From Eledone cirrhosa (Eukaryota), in contig OZ024742.1 in NCBI GenBank assembly GCA_964016885.1, positions 30,628,001 to 30,692,000 of the forward strand: a stretch of DNA of 64,000 bases, written 5' to 3'. The translations under genes and the position numbers were made by a program. How positions within the stretch are numbered: the first letter of the stretch is position 1; every line of letters begins with the position of its first letter. Shown here piece by piece: positions 33,601 through 46,600 of this stretch. Below the pieces are notes generated by a model, which saw only the letters and a list, made by a program, of their open reading frames with translations, had not been told where the DNA came from and ran no database searches.

Positions 33601-36600
33601 TGGTCTCTCTAAATCCTAACTTGGTGTGGTCACTCTCAGTCCTAAGTTGGTGTGGTCTCTCTCAGTCCTAACTTGGTGTAGTCTCTCTCAGTCCTAAGTT
33701 GGTGTGGTCTCTCTCAGTCCTACCTTGGTGTGGTCTCTCTCAGCCCTAACTTGGTGTGGTCTCTCTCAGTCCTAACTTAGTGTAGTCTCTCTCAGTCATA
33801 AGTTGGTGTGGTCTCTCTCAGTCCTAACTTGGTGTAGTCTCTCTCAGTCCTAAGTTGGTGTGGTCTCTCTCAGTCCTTACTTGGTGTAGTCTCTCTCAGT
33901 TCTAACTTGGTGTGGTCACCCTCAGTCCTAAGTTGGTGTGGTCTTTCTCAGTCCTAAGTTGGTTTGGTCTCTCTCAGTCCTAAGTTGGTGTGGTCTCTCT
34001 CAGTCCTAAGTTGGTGTGGTCTCTCTCAGTCCTAACTTTGTGATGTCTTTCTGAGTCCTTACTTGGTGTAGTCACTCTCAGTCCTAACTTGGTATAGTCT
34101 CCCTCAGTCGTAACTTGGTGTAGTCTCTCTCCGTCGTAAGTTGGTGTGGTCTCTCTCAGTCCTAAGTTGGTGTGGACTCTCTCAGTCCTAAGTTGGTGTG
34201 GTCACTCTCAGTCCTAAGTTGGTGTGGTCTCTCTCATTCCTAACTTGGTGTAGTCTCTTTCAGTCCTAAGTTGGTGTGTTCTCTTTCAGTCCTAACTTGG
34301 TGTGGTCTCTCTCATTCCTTACTTGGTGTAATCTCTCTCAGTCCTAACTTGGTGTAGTCTCTCTCAGTCCTAAGTTGGTGTGGTCTCCCTCAGTCCTAAG
34401 TTGGTGTAGTCTCTCTCAGTCCTAAGTTGGTGTGGTCCATCTCAGTCCTAAGTTGGTGTGGTCTCTCTCAGTCCTAAGTTGGTGTGGTCTCTCTAAATCC
34501 TAACTTGGTGTGGTCACTCTCAGTCCTAAGTTGGTGTGGTCTCTCTCAGTCCTAACTTGGTGTAGTCTCTCTCAGTCCTAAGTTGGTGTGGTCTCTCTCA
34601 GTCCTACCTTGGTGTGGTCTCTCTCAGCCCTAACTTGGTGTGGTCTCTCTCAGTCCTAACTTAGTGTAGTCTCTCTCAGTCATAAGTTGGTGTGGTCTCT
34701 CTCAGTCCTTACTTGGTGTAGTCTCTCTCAGTCCTAAGTTGGTGTGGTCTCTCTCAGTCCTAAGTTGGTGTGGTCTATCTCACTCCTAAGTTGGTGTGGT
34801 CTCTCTCAGTCCTAAGTTGGTGTGGTCTCTCTCATTCCTTACTTGGTGTTGTCTCTCTCAGTCCTAACTTGGTGTAGTCTCTCTCAGTCCTATGTTGGTG
34901 TGGTGTCTCTCAGTCCTAACTTGGTGTAGTCTCTCTCAGTCCTAACTTGGTGTGGTCTCTCTCAGTCCTTACTCGGTGTAGTCACTCTCAGTCCTAACTT
35001 GGTGTAGTCTCTCTCAGTCCTATGTTGGTGTGGTGTCTCTCAGTCTTAACTTGGTGTGGTCTCTCTCAGTCCTAACTTGGTGTAGTCTCTCTCAGTCCTA
35101 AGTTGGTGTGGTCTCTCTCAGTCCTACCTTGGTGTGGTCTCTCTCAGCCCTAACTTGGTGTGGTCTCTCTCAGTCCTAACTTAGTGTAGTCTCTCTCAGT
35201 CATAAGTTGGTGTGGTCTCTCTCAGTCCTTACTTGGTGTAGTCTCTCTCAGTCCTAACTTGGTGTGGTCTCCCTCAGTCCTAAGTTGGTGTGGTCTCTCT
35301 CAGTCCTAAGTTGGTGTGGTCTATCTCACTCCTAAGTTGGTGTGGTCTCTCTCAGTCCTAAGTTGGTGTGGTCTCTCTCATTCCTTACTTGGTGTAGTCT
35401 CTCTCAGTCCTAACTTGGTGTAGTCTCTCTCAGTCCTAAGTTGGTGTGGTGTCTCTCAGTCCTAACTTGGTGTAGTCTCTCTCAGTCCTAAGTTGGTGTC
35501 GTCTCTCTCAGGCCTAACTAGGTGTAGTCTCTCTCAGTCCAAAGTTGGTGTGGTCTCTCTCAGTCCTAAGTTGGTGTAGTCTCTCTCAGTCCGAACTTGG
35601 TGTGGTCTCTCTCAGTCCTAACTTGTTGTGGTCTCTCTCAGTCCTAAGTTTGTGCTCTCTCTCTCTCAGTCCTAACTTGGTGTGGTCTCTCTCAGTCCTA
35701 CCTTGGTGTAGTCTCTCTACGCCTTAACTTGGTGTGGTCTCTCTCAGTCCTAACTTGGTGTGGTCTCTCTCAGTCCTAACTTGGTGTGGTCTCCCTCAGT
35801 CCTAAGTTGGTGTGGTCTCTCTCAGTCCTAACTTGGTGTAGTCTCTCTCAGTCCTAAGTTGGTGTGGTCTCTCTCAGTCCTTACTTGGTGTAGTCTCTCT
35901 CAGTTCTAACTTGGTGTGGTCACCCTCAGTCCTAAGTTGGTGTTGTCTTTCTCAGTCCTAAGTTGGTTTGGTCTCTCTCAGTCCTAAGTTGGTGTGGTCT
36001 CTCTCAGTCCTAAGTTGGTGTGGTCTCTCTCAGTCCTAACTTTGTGATGTCTCTCTGAGTCCTTACTTGGTGTAGTCACTCTCAGTCCTAACTTGGTATA
36101 GTCTCCCTCAGTCGTAACTTGGTGTAGTCTCTCTCCGTCGTAAGTTGGTGTGGTCTCTCTCAGTCCTAAGTTGGTGTGGACTCTCTCAGTCCTAAGTTGG
36201 TGTGGTCACTCTCAGTCCTAAGTTGGTGTGGTCTCTCTCAGTCCTAACATGGTGTTGTCTCTCTCAGTCCTAACTTGGTGTGGTCTCTCTCAGTCCTAAC
36301 TTGGAGTAGTCTCTCTCAGTCGTAACTTGGTGTGGTCTCTCTAAGTCCTAACTTGGTGTAGTCTCTCTCAGTCCTAAGCTGGTGTGGTCTCTCTCAGTCT
36401 TAACTTGGTGTAGTCTCTCTCAGTCCTAACTTGGTGTGGTCTCTCTCAGTCCTAACTTGGTGTAGTCTCTCTGAGTCCTAAGTTGGTGTGGTCTCTCTCA
36501 GTCCTAACTTGGTGTGGTCTCTCTCAGCCCTAACTTGGTGTGGTCTCTCTCAGTCCTAACTTAGTGTAGTCTCTCTCAGTCATAAGTTGGTGTGGTCTCT

Positions 36601-38619
36601 CTCAGTCCTTACTTGGTGTAGTCTCTCTCAGTCCTAAGTTGGTGTGGTCTCTCTCAGTCCTAAGTTGGTGTGGTCTATCTCACTCCTAAGTTGGTGTGGT
36701 CTCTCTCAGTCCTAAGTTGGTGTGGTCTCTCTCATTCCTTACTTGGTGTTGTCTCTCTCAGTCCTAACTTGGTGTAGTCTCTCTCAGTCCTATGTTGGTG
36801 TGGTGTCTCTCAGTCCTAACTTGGTGTAGTCTCTCTCAGTCCTAACTTGGTGTGGTCTCTCTCAGTCCTTACTCGGTGTAGTCACTCTCAGTCCTAACTT
36901 AGTGTAGTCTCTCTCAGTCCTATGTTGGTGTGGTGTCTCTCAGTCTTAACTTGGTGTGGTCTCTCTCAGTCCTAACTTGGTGTAGTCTCTCTCAGTCCTA
37001 AGTTGGTGTGGTCTCTCTCAGTCCTACCTTGGTGTGGTCTCTCTCAGCCCTAACTTGGTGTGGTCTCTCTCAGTCCTAACTTAGTGTAGTCTCTCTCAGT
37101 CATAAGTTGGTGTGGTCTCTCTCAGTCCTTACTTGGTGTAGTCTCTCTCAGTCCTAACTTGGTGTGGTCTCCCTCAGTCCTAAGTTGGTGTGGTCTCTCT
37201 CAGTCCTAAGTTGGTGTGGTCTATCTCACTCCTAAGTTGGTGTGGTCTCTCTCAGTCCTAAGTTGGTGTGGTCTCTCTCATTCCTTACTTGGTGTAGTCT
37301 CTCTCAGTCCTAACTTGGTGTAGTCTCTCTCAGTCCTAAGTTGGTGTGGTGTCTCTCAGTCCTAACTTGGTGTAGTCTCTCTCAGTCCTAAGTTGGTGTC
37401 GTCTCTCTCAGGCCTAACTAGGTGTACTCTCTCTCAGTCCAAAGTTGGTGTGGTCTCTCTCAGTCCTAAGTTGGTGTAGTCTCTCTCAGTCCGAACTTGG
37501 TGTGGTCTCTCTCAGTCCTAACTTGTTGTGGTCTCTCTCAGTCCTAAGTTTGTGCTCTCTCTCTCTCAGTCCTAACTTGGTGTGGTCTCTCTCAGTCCTA
37601 ACTTGGTGTAGTCTCTCTACGCCTTAACTTGGTGTGGTCTCTCTCAGTCCTAACTTGGTGTGGTCTCTCTCAGTCCTAACTTGGTGTGGTCTCGCTGATT
37701 CCTTACTTGGTGTAGTCACTGTCAGTCCTAACTTGGTATAGTCTCCCTCAGTCGTAACTTGGTGTAGTCTCTCTCAGTCCTAAGTTCGTGCTGTCTCTCT
37801 CTCAGTCCTAACTTGGTGTGGTCTCTCTCAGTCCTAACTTGGTGTATTCTCTCTACGTCCTAACTTGGTGTGGTCTCTCTCAGTCCTAACTTCGTGTGCT
37901 TTCTCTCAGTCCTAACTTGGTGTAGTCTCTCTCAGTCCTAACTTGGTGTGGTCTCTCTCAGTCCTAACTTGGTGTAGTCTCTCTCAGTCGTAACTTGGTG
38001 TGGTTTCTCTATGTCCTAACTTGGTGTAGTCTCTCTCAGTCTTAACATGGTGTAGTCTCTCTCAGTCGTAACTTGGTGTAGTCTCTCTCAGTCCTATGTT
38101 CGTGCTGTCTCTCTCTCAGTCCTAACTCGGTGTAGTCTCTCTCAGTCCGAACTTGGTGTGGTCTCTCTCAGTCCTAACATGGTGTTGTCTCTCTCAGTCC
38201 TAACTTGGTGTGGTCTCTCTCAGTCCTAACTTGGAGTAGTCTCTCTCAGTCGTAACTTGGTGTGGTCTCTCTAAGTCCTAACTTGGTGTAGTCTCTCTCA
38301 GTCCTAAGCTGGTGTGGTCTCTCTCAGTCTTAACTTGGTGTAGTCTCTCTCAGTCCTAACTTGGTGTGGTCTCTCTCAGTCCTAACTTGGTGTAGTCTCT
38401 CTGAGTCCTAAGTTGGTGTGGTCTCTCTCAGTCCTAAGTTGGTGTGGTCTCTCTCATTCCTAACTTGGTGTAGTCTCTTTCAGTCCTAAGCTGGTGTGTT
38501 CTCTCTCAGTCCTAACTTGGTGTGGTCTCTCTCATTCGTTACTTGGTGTAGTCTCTCTCAGTCCAAACTTGGTGTAGTCTCTCTCAGTCCTAAGTTGGTG
38601 TGGTGTCTCTCAGTCCTAA

Positions 38620-41600
38620 CTTGGTGTAGTCTCTCTCAGTCCTAAGTTGGTGTCGTCTCTCTCAGGCCTAACTAGGTGTAGTCTCTCTCAGTCCTAAGTT
38701 GATGTAGACTCTCTCAGTCCGAACTTGGTGTGGTCTCTCTCAGTCCTAACTTGTTGTGGTCTCTCTCAGTCCTAAGTTTGTGCTGTCTCTCTCTCAGTCC
38801 TAACTTGGTGTGGTCTCTCTCAGTCCTAACTTGGTGTAGTCTCACTACGTCCTAACTTGGTGTGGTCTCTCTCAGTCCTAACTTGGTGTGGTCTCTCTCA
38901 GTCCTAACTTGGTGTAGTCTCACTCAGTCCTAAGTTGGTGTGGTCTCTCTCAATCCTAACTTGGTGTAGTCTCTCTCAGTCGTAACTTGGTGTGGTCTCT
39001 CCTAGTCCTAACTTGGTGTAGTCTCTCTCAGTCCTAACATGGTGTAGTCTCTCTCAGTCTTAACTTGGTGTAGTCTCTCTCAGTCCTTACTTGGTGTAGT
39101 CTCTCTCAGTCCTAACTTGGTGTGGTCTCCCTCAGTCCTAAGTTGGTGTGGTCTCTCTCAGTCCTAACTTGGTGTAGTCTCTCTCAGTCCTAAGTTGGTG
39201 TGGTCTCTCTCAGTCCTTACTTGGTGTAGTCTCTCTCAGTTCAAACTTGGTGTGGTCACCCTCAGTCCTAAGTTGGTGTGGTCTTTCTCAGTCCTAAGTT
39301 GGTTTGGTCTCTCTCAGTCCTAAGTTGGTGTGATCTCTCTCAGTCCTAAGTTGGTGTGGTCTCTCTCAGTCCTAACTTTGTGATGTCTCTCTGAGTCCTT
39401 ACTTGGTGTAGTCACTCTCAGTCCTAACTTGGTATAGTCTCCCTCAGTCGTAACTTGGTGTAGTCTCTCTCCGTCGTAAGTTGGTGTGGTCTCTCTCAGT
39501 CCTAAGTTGGTGTGGACTCTCTCAGTCCTAAGTTGGTGTGGTCACTCTCAGTCCTAAGTTGGTGTTGTCTCTCTCATTCCTAACTTGGTGTAGTCTCTTT
39601 CAGTCCTAAGTTGGTGTGTTCTCTTTCAGTCCTAACTTGGTGTGGTCTCTCTCATTCCTTACTTGGTGTAATCTCTCTCAGTCCTAACTTGGTGTAGTCT
39701 CTCTCAGTCCTAAGTTGGTGTGGTCTCCCTCAGTCCTAAGTTGGTGTAGTCTCTCTCAGTCCTAAGTTGGTGTGGTCTATCTCAGTCCTAAGTTGGTGTG
39801 GTCTCTCTCAGTCCTAAGTTGGTGTGGTCTCTCTAAATCCTAACTTGGTGTGGTCACTCTCAGTCCTAAGTTGGTGTGGACTTTCTCAGTCCTAACTTGG
39901 TGTGGTCTCTCTCAGTCCTTACTCGGTGTAGTCACTCTCAGTCCTAACTTGGTGTAGTCTCTCTCAGTCCTATGTTGGTGTGGTGTCTCTCAGTCCTAAC
40001 TTGGTGTGGTCTCTTTCAGTCCTAACTTGGTGTAGTCTCTCTCAGTCCTAAGTTGGTGTGGTCTCTCTCAGTAATACCTTGGTGTGGTCTCTCTCAGCCC
40101 TAACTTGGTGTGGTCTCTCTCAGTCCTAACTTAGTGTAGTCTCTCTCAGTCATATGTTGGTGTGGTCTCTCTCAGTCCTTACTTGGTGTTGTCTCTCTCA
40201 GTCCTAAGTTGGTGTGGTCTCTCTCAGTCCTAAGTTGGTGTGGTCTATCTCACTCCTAAGTTGGTGTGGTCTCTCTCAGTCCTAAGTTGGTGTGGTCTCT
40301 CTCATGCCTTACTTGGTGTTGTCTCTCTCAGTCCTAACTTTGTGTAGTCTCTCTCAGTCCTAAGTTGGTGTGGTGTCTCTCAGTCCTAACTTGGTGTAGT
40401 CTCTCTCAGTCCTAAGTTGGTGTCGTCTCTCTCAGGCCTAACTAGGTGTAGTCTCTCTCAGTCCAAAGTTGGTGTGGTCTCTCTCAGTCCTAAGTTGGTG
40501 TAGTCTCTCTCAGTCCGAACTTGGTGTGGTCTCTCTCAGTCCTAACTTGTTGTGGTCTCTCTCAGTCCTAAGTTTGTGCTCTCTCTCTCTCAGTCCAAAC
40601 TTGGTGTAGTCACTGTCAGTCCTAACTTGGTATAGTCTCCCTCAGTCGTAACTTGGTGTAGTCTCTCTCAGTCCTAGCTTCGTGTGCTTTCTCTCAGTCC
40701 TAACTTGGTGTAGTCTCTCTCAGTCCTAACTTGGTGTGGTCTCTCTCAGTCCTAACTTGGTGTAGTCTCTCTCAGTCCTAAGTTGGTGTGGTCTCTCTCA
40801 GTCCTAACTTGGTGTAGTCTCTCTCAGTCCTAAGTTGGTGTCGTCTCTCTCAGGCCTAACTAGGTGTAGTCTCTCTCAGTCCTAAGTTGATGTAGACTCT
40901 CTCAGTCCGAACTTGGTGTGGTCTCTCTCAGTCCTAACTTGTTGTGGTCTCTCTCAGTCCTAAGTTTGTGCTGTCTCTCTCTCAGTCCTAACTTGGTGTG
41001 GTCTCTCTCAGTCCTAACTTGGTGTAGTCTCACTACGTCCTAACTTGGTGTGGTCTCTCTCAGTCCTAACTTGGTGTGGTCTCTCTCAGTCCTAACTTGG
41101 TGTAGTCTCACTCAGTCCTAAGTTGGTGTGGTCTCTCTCAGTCCTAACTTGGTGTAGTCTCTCTCAGTCGTAACTTGGTGTGGTCTCTCCTAGTCCTAAC
41201 TTGGTGTAGTCTCTCTCAGTCCTAACATGGTGTAGTCTCTCTCAGTCTTAACTTGGTGTAGTCTCTCTCAGTCCTTACTTGGTGTAGTCTCTCTCAGTCC
41301 TAACTTGGTGTGGTCTCCCTCAGTCCTAAGTTGGTGTGGTCTCTCTCAGTCCTAACTTGGTGTAGTCTCTCTCAGTCCTAAGTTGGTGTGGTCTCTCTCA
41401 GTCCTTACTTGGTGTAGTCTCTCTCAGTTCTAACTTGGTGTGGTCACCCTCAGTCCTAAGTTGGTGTGGTCTTTCTCAGTCCTAAGTTGGTTTGGTCTCT
41501 CTCAGTCCTAAGTTGGTGTGATCTCTCTCAGTCCTAAGTTGGTGTGGTCTCTCTCAGTCCTAACTTTGTGATGTCTCTCTGAGTCCTTACTTGGTGTAGT

Positions 41601-42960
41601 CACTCTCAGTCCTAACTTGGTATAGTCTCCCTCAGTCGTAACTTGGTGTAGTCTCTCTCCGTCGTAAGTTGGTGTGGTCTCTCTCAGTCCTAAGTTGGTG
41701 TGGACTCTCTCAGTCCTAAGTTGGTGTGGTCACTCTCAGTCCTAAGTTGGTGTGGTCTCTCTCATTCCTAACTTGGTGTAGTCTCTTTCAGTCCTAAGTT
41801 GGTGTGTTCTCTTTCAGTCCTAACTTGGTGTGGTCTCTCTCATTCCTTACTTGGTGTAATCTCTCTCAGTCCTAACTTGGTGTAGTCTCTCTCAGTCCTA
41901 AGTTGGTGTGGTCTCCCTCAGTCCTAAGTTGGTGTAGTCTCTCTCAGTCCTAAGTTGGTGTGGTCTATCTCAGTCCTAAGTTGGTGTGGTCTCTCTCAGT
42001 CCTAAGTTGGTGTGGTCTCTCTAAATCCTAACTTGGTGTGGTCACTCTCAGTCCTAAGTTGGTGTGGACTTTCTCAGTCCTAACTTGGTGTGGTCTCTCT
42101 CAGTCCTTACTCGGTGTAGTCACTCTCAGTCCTAACTTGGTGTAGTCTCTCTCAGTCCTATGTTGGTGTGGTGTCTCTCAGTCCTAACTTGGTGTGGTCT
42201 CTCTCAGTCCTAACTTGGTGTAGTCTCTCTCAGTCCTAAGTTGGTGTGGTCTCTCTCAGTAATACCTTGGTGTGGTCTCTCTCAGCCCTAACTTGGTGTG
42301 GTCTCTCTCAGTCCTAACTTAGTGTAGTCTCTCTCAGTCATATGTTGGTGTGGTCTCTCTCAGTCCTTACTTGGTGTTGTCTCTCTCAGTCCTAAGTTGG
42401 TGTGGTCTCTCTCAGTCCTAAGTTGGTGTGGTCTATCTCACTCCTAAGTTGGTGTGGTCTCTCTCAGTCCTAAGTTGGTGTGGTCTCTCTGATTCCTTAC
42501 TTGGTGTTGTCTCTCTCAGTCCTAACTTTGTGTAGTCTCTCTCAGTCCTAAGTTGGTGTGGTGTCTCTCAGTCCTAACTTGGTGTAGTCTCTCTCAGTCC
42601 TAAGTTGGTGTCGTCTCTCTCAGGCCTAACTAGGTGTAGTCTCTCTCAGTCCAAAGTTGGTGTGGTCTCTCTCAGTCCTAAGTTGGTGTAGTCTCTCTCA
42701 GTCCGAACTTGGTGTGGTCTCTCTCAGTCCTAACTTGTTGTGGTCTCTCTCAGTCCTAAGTTTGTGCTCTCTCTCTCTCAGTCCAAACTTGGTGTAGTCA
42801 CTGTCAGTCCTAACTTGGTATAGTCTCCCTCAGTCGTAACTTGGTGTAGTCTCTCTCAGTCCTAGCTTCGTGTGCTTTCTCTCAGTCCTAACTTGGTGTA
42901 GTCTCTCTCAGTCCTAACTTGGTGTGGTCTCTCTCAGTCCTAACTTGGTGTAGTCTCTCT
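38620..42960. repeat. Tandem duplication, period 2188 bp
   Basis: CCTAGTCC 39001/41189 and GTAATACC 40071/42259. Boundaries are approximate. Confidence 0.85.
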
Positions 42961-43644
42961 CAGTCGTAACTTGGTGTGGTCTCTCTATGTCCTAACTTGG
43001 TGTAGTCTCTCTCAGTCTTAACATGGTGTAGTCTCTCTCAGTCTTAACTTGGTGTAGTCTCTCTCAGTCGTAAGTTGCTGTGGTGTCTCTCAGTCCTAAG
43101 TTGGTGTGGTCTCTCTCAGTCCTAAGTTGGTGTGGTCTCTCTCAGTCCTAACTTGGTGTGGTCTCTCTCAGTCCTTACATGGTGTTGTCTCTCTCAGTCT
43201 TAACTTGGTGTAGTCTCTCTCAATCCTAAGTTGGAGTGGTCTCTCTCAGTCCTAACTTGGTGTAGTCTATCTAAGTCCTAAGTTGGTGTGGTCTCTCTCA
43301 GTCCTAACTTGGTGTAGTCTCTCTCAGTCCTAAGTTGGTGTGGTCTCTCTCAGTCCTAACTCGGTGTAGTCTCTCTCAGTCCGAACTTGGTGTGGTCTCT
43401 CTCAGTCCTTACTTACTGTGGTCTGTCTCAGTCCTAACATGGTGTTGTCTCTCTCAGTCCTAACTTGGTGTGGTCTCTCTCAGTCCTTACTTGGTGTAGT
43501 CTCTCTCAGTCCTAAGTTGGTGTGGTCTCTCTCAGTCCTAAGTTGGTGTGGTCTATCTCACTCCTAAGTTGGTGTGGTCTCTCTCAGTCCTAAGTTGGTG
43601 TGGTCTCTCTCATTCCTTACTTGGTGTTGTCTCTCTCAGTCCTA

Positions 43645-46600
43645 ACTTGGTGTAGTCTCTCTCAGTCCTAAGTTGGTGTGGTGTCTCTCAGTCCTAACTT
43701 GGTGTAGTCTCTCTCAGTCCTAAGTTGGTGTCGTCTCTCTCAGGCCTAACTAGGTGTAGTCTCTCTCAGTCCAAAGTTGGTGTGGTCTCTCTCAGTCCTA
43801 AGTTGGTGTAGTCTCTCTCAGTCCGAACTTGGTGTGGTCTCTCTCAGTCCTAACTTGTTGTGGTCTCTCTCAGTCCTAAGTTTGTGCTCTCTCTCTCTCA
43901 GTCCAAACTTGGTGTGGTCTCTCTCAGTCCTAATTTGGTGTAGTCTCTCTACGTCTTAACTTGGTGTGGTCTCTCTCAGTCCTAACTTGGTGTGGTCTCT
44001 CTCAGTCCTAACTTGGTGTGGTCTCGCTGATTCCTTACTTGTTTAGTCACTGTCTGTCCTAACTTGGTATAGTCTCCCTCAGTCGTAACTTGGTGTAGTC
44101 TCTCTCAGTCCTAACTTCGTGTGCTTTCTCTCAGTCCTAACTTGGTGTAGTCTCTCTCAGTCCTAACTTGGTGTGGTCTCTCTCAGTCCTAACTTGGTGT
44201 AGTCTCTCTCAGTCGTAACTTGGTGTGGTCTCTCTATGTCCTAACTTGGTGTAGTCTCTCTCAGTCTTAACATGGTGTAGTCTCTCTCAGTCTTAACTTG
44301 GTGTAGTCTCTCTCAGTCGTAAGTTGGTGTGGTGTCTCTCAGTCCTAAGTTGGTGTGGTCTCTCTCAGTCCTAAGTTGGTGTGGTCTCTCTCAGTCCTAA
44401 CTTGGTGTGGTCTCTCTCAGTCCTTACATGGTGTTGTCTCTCTCAGTCTTAACTTGGTGTAGTCTCTCTCAATCCTAAGTTGGAGTGGTCTCTCTCAGTC
44501 CTAACTTGGTGTAGTCTATCTAAGTCCTAAGTTGGTGTGGTGTCTCTCAGTCCTAAATTGGTGTAGTCTCTCTCAGTCCTAAGTTGGTGTGGTCTCTCTC
44601 AGTCCTAACTCGGTGTAGTCTCTCTCAGTCCGAACTTGGTGTGGTCTCTCGCAGTCCTAAGTTGGTGTAGTCTCTCTCGGTCCTAACTTGGTGAGTTCTC
44701 TCTCAGTCCGAACTTGGTGTAGTCTCTCTCAGTCCTTACTTAGTGTGGTCTGTCTCAGTCCTAACATGGTGTTGTCTCTCTCAGTCCTAACTTGGTGTGG
44801 TCTCTCTCAGTCCTAACTTGGAGTAGTCTCTCTCAGTCCTAACTTGCTGTGGTCTCTCTCAGTCGTAACTTGGTGTGGTCTCTCTAAGTCCTAACTTGGT
44901 GTAGTCTGTCTCAGTCCTAACATGGTGTAGTCTTTCTCAGTCTTAACTTGGTGTAGTCTCTCTCTGTCTTAAGTTGGTGTGGTCTCTCTCAGTCCTAACT
45001 TGGTGTGGTCTCTCTCAGTCCTAAGTTGGTGTGGTCTCTCTCAGTCTTAACTTGGCGTAGTCTCTCTCAGTTCTAACTTGGTGTGGTCTCTCTCAGTCCT
45101 AACTTGGTGTAGTCTCTCTCAGTCCTAAGTTGGTGTGGTCTCTCTCAGTCCTAAGTTGGTGTGGTCTCTCTCATTCCTAACTTGGTGTAGTCTCTTTCAG
45201 TCCTAAGTTGGTGTGTTCTCTCTCAGTCCTAACTTGGTGTGGTCTCTCGCATTCCTTACTTGGTGTAGTCTCTCTCAGTCCAAACTTGGTGTAGTCTCTC
45301 TCAGTCCTAAGTTGGTGTGGTGTCTCTCAGTCCTAACTTGGTGTAGTCTCTCTCAGTCCTAAGTTGGTGTCGTCTCTCTCAGGTTTAACTAGGTGTAGTC
45401 TCTCTCAGTCCTAAGTTGGTGTGGTCTCTCTCAGTCCTAAGTTGGTGTAGACTCTCTCAGTCCGAACTTGGTGTGGTCTCTCTCAGTCCTAACTTGTTGT
45501 GGTCTCTCTCAGTCCTAAGTTTGTGCTGTCTCTCTCTCAGTCCTAACTTGGTGTGGTCTCTCTCAGTCCTAACTTGGTGTAGTCTCTCTACGTCCTAACT
45601 TGGTGTGGTCTCTCTCAGTCCTATCTTGGTGTAGTCTCTCTCAGTCCTAACTTGGTGTAGTCTCACTCAGTCCTAAGTTGCTGTGGTCTCTCTCAGTCCT
45701 AACTTGGTGTAGTCTCTCTCAGTCGTAACTTGGTGTGGTCTCTCTAAGTCCTAACTTGGTGTAGTCTCTCTCAGTCCTAACATGGTGTAGTCTCTCTCAG
45801 TCTTAACTTGGTGTAGTCTCTCTCAGTCCTTACTTGGTGTAGTCTCTCTCAGTCCTAAATTGGTGCGGTCTCCCTCAGTCCTATGTTGGTGTGGTCTCTC
45901 TCAGTCCTAACTTGGTGTGGTCTCTCTCAGTCCTAGCTTGGTGTAGTCTCTCTCAGTCCTAAGTTGGTGTGGTCTCTCTGAGTCCTAACTTGGTGTGGTC
46001 TCTCTCAGCCCTAACTTAGTGTAGTCTCTCTCAGTCCTAACTTGGTGTGGTCTCCCTCAGTCCTAAGTTGGTGTGGTCTCTCTCAGTCCTCACTTGGTGT
46101 AGTCTCTCTCAGTCCTAAGTTGGTGTGGTCTCTCTCAGTCCTTACTTGGTGTAGTCTCTCTCAGTCCTAACTTGGTGTGGTCACCCTCAGTCCTAAGTTG
46201 GTGTGGTCTTTCTCAGTCCAAAGTTGGTGTGGTCTCTCTCAGTCCTAAGTTGGTGTGGTCTCTCTCAGTTCTAACTTTGTGATGTCTCTCTGAGTCCTTA
46301 CTTGGTGTAGTCACTCTCAGTCCTAACTTGGTATAGTCTCCCTCAGTCGTAACTTGGTGTAGTCTCTCTCCGTCGTAAGTTGGTGTGGTCTCTCTCAGTC
46401 CTAAGTTGGTGTTGACTCTCTCAGTCCTAAGTTGGTGTGGTCACTCTCAGTCCTAAGTTGGTGTGGTCTCTCTCATTCCTAACTTGGTGTAGTCTCTTTC
46501 AGTCCTAAGTTGGTGTGGTCTCTCTAAATCCTAACTTGGTGTGGTCACTCTCAGTCCTAAGTAGGTGTGGTCTTTCTCAGTCCTAACTTGGTGTGGTCTC

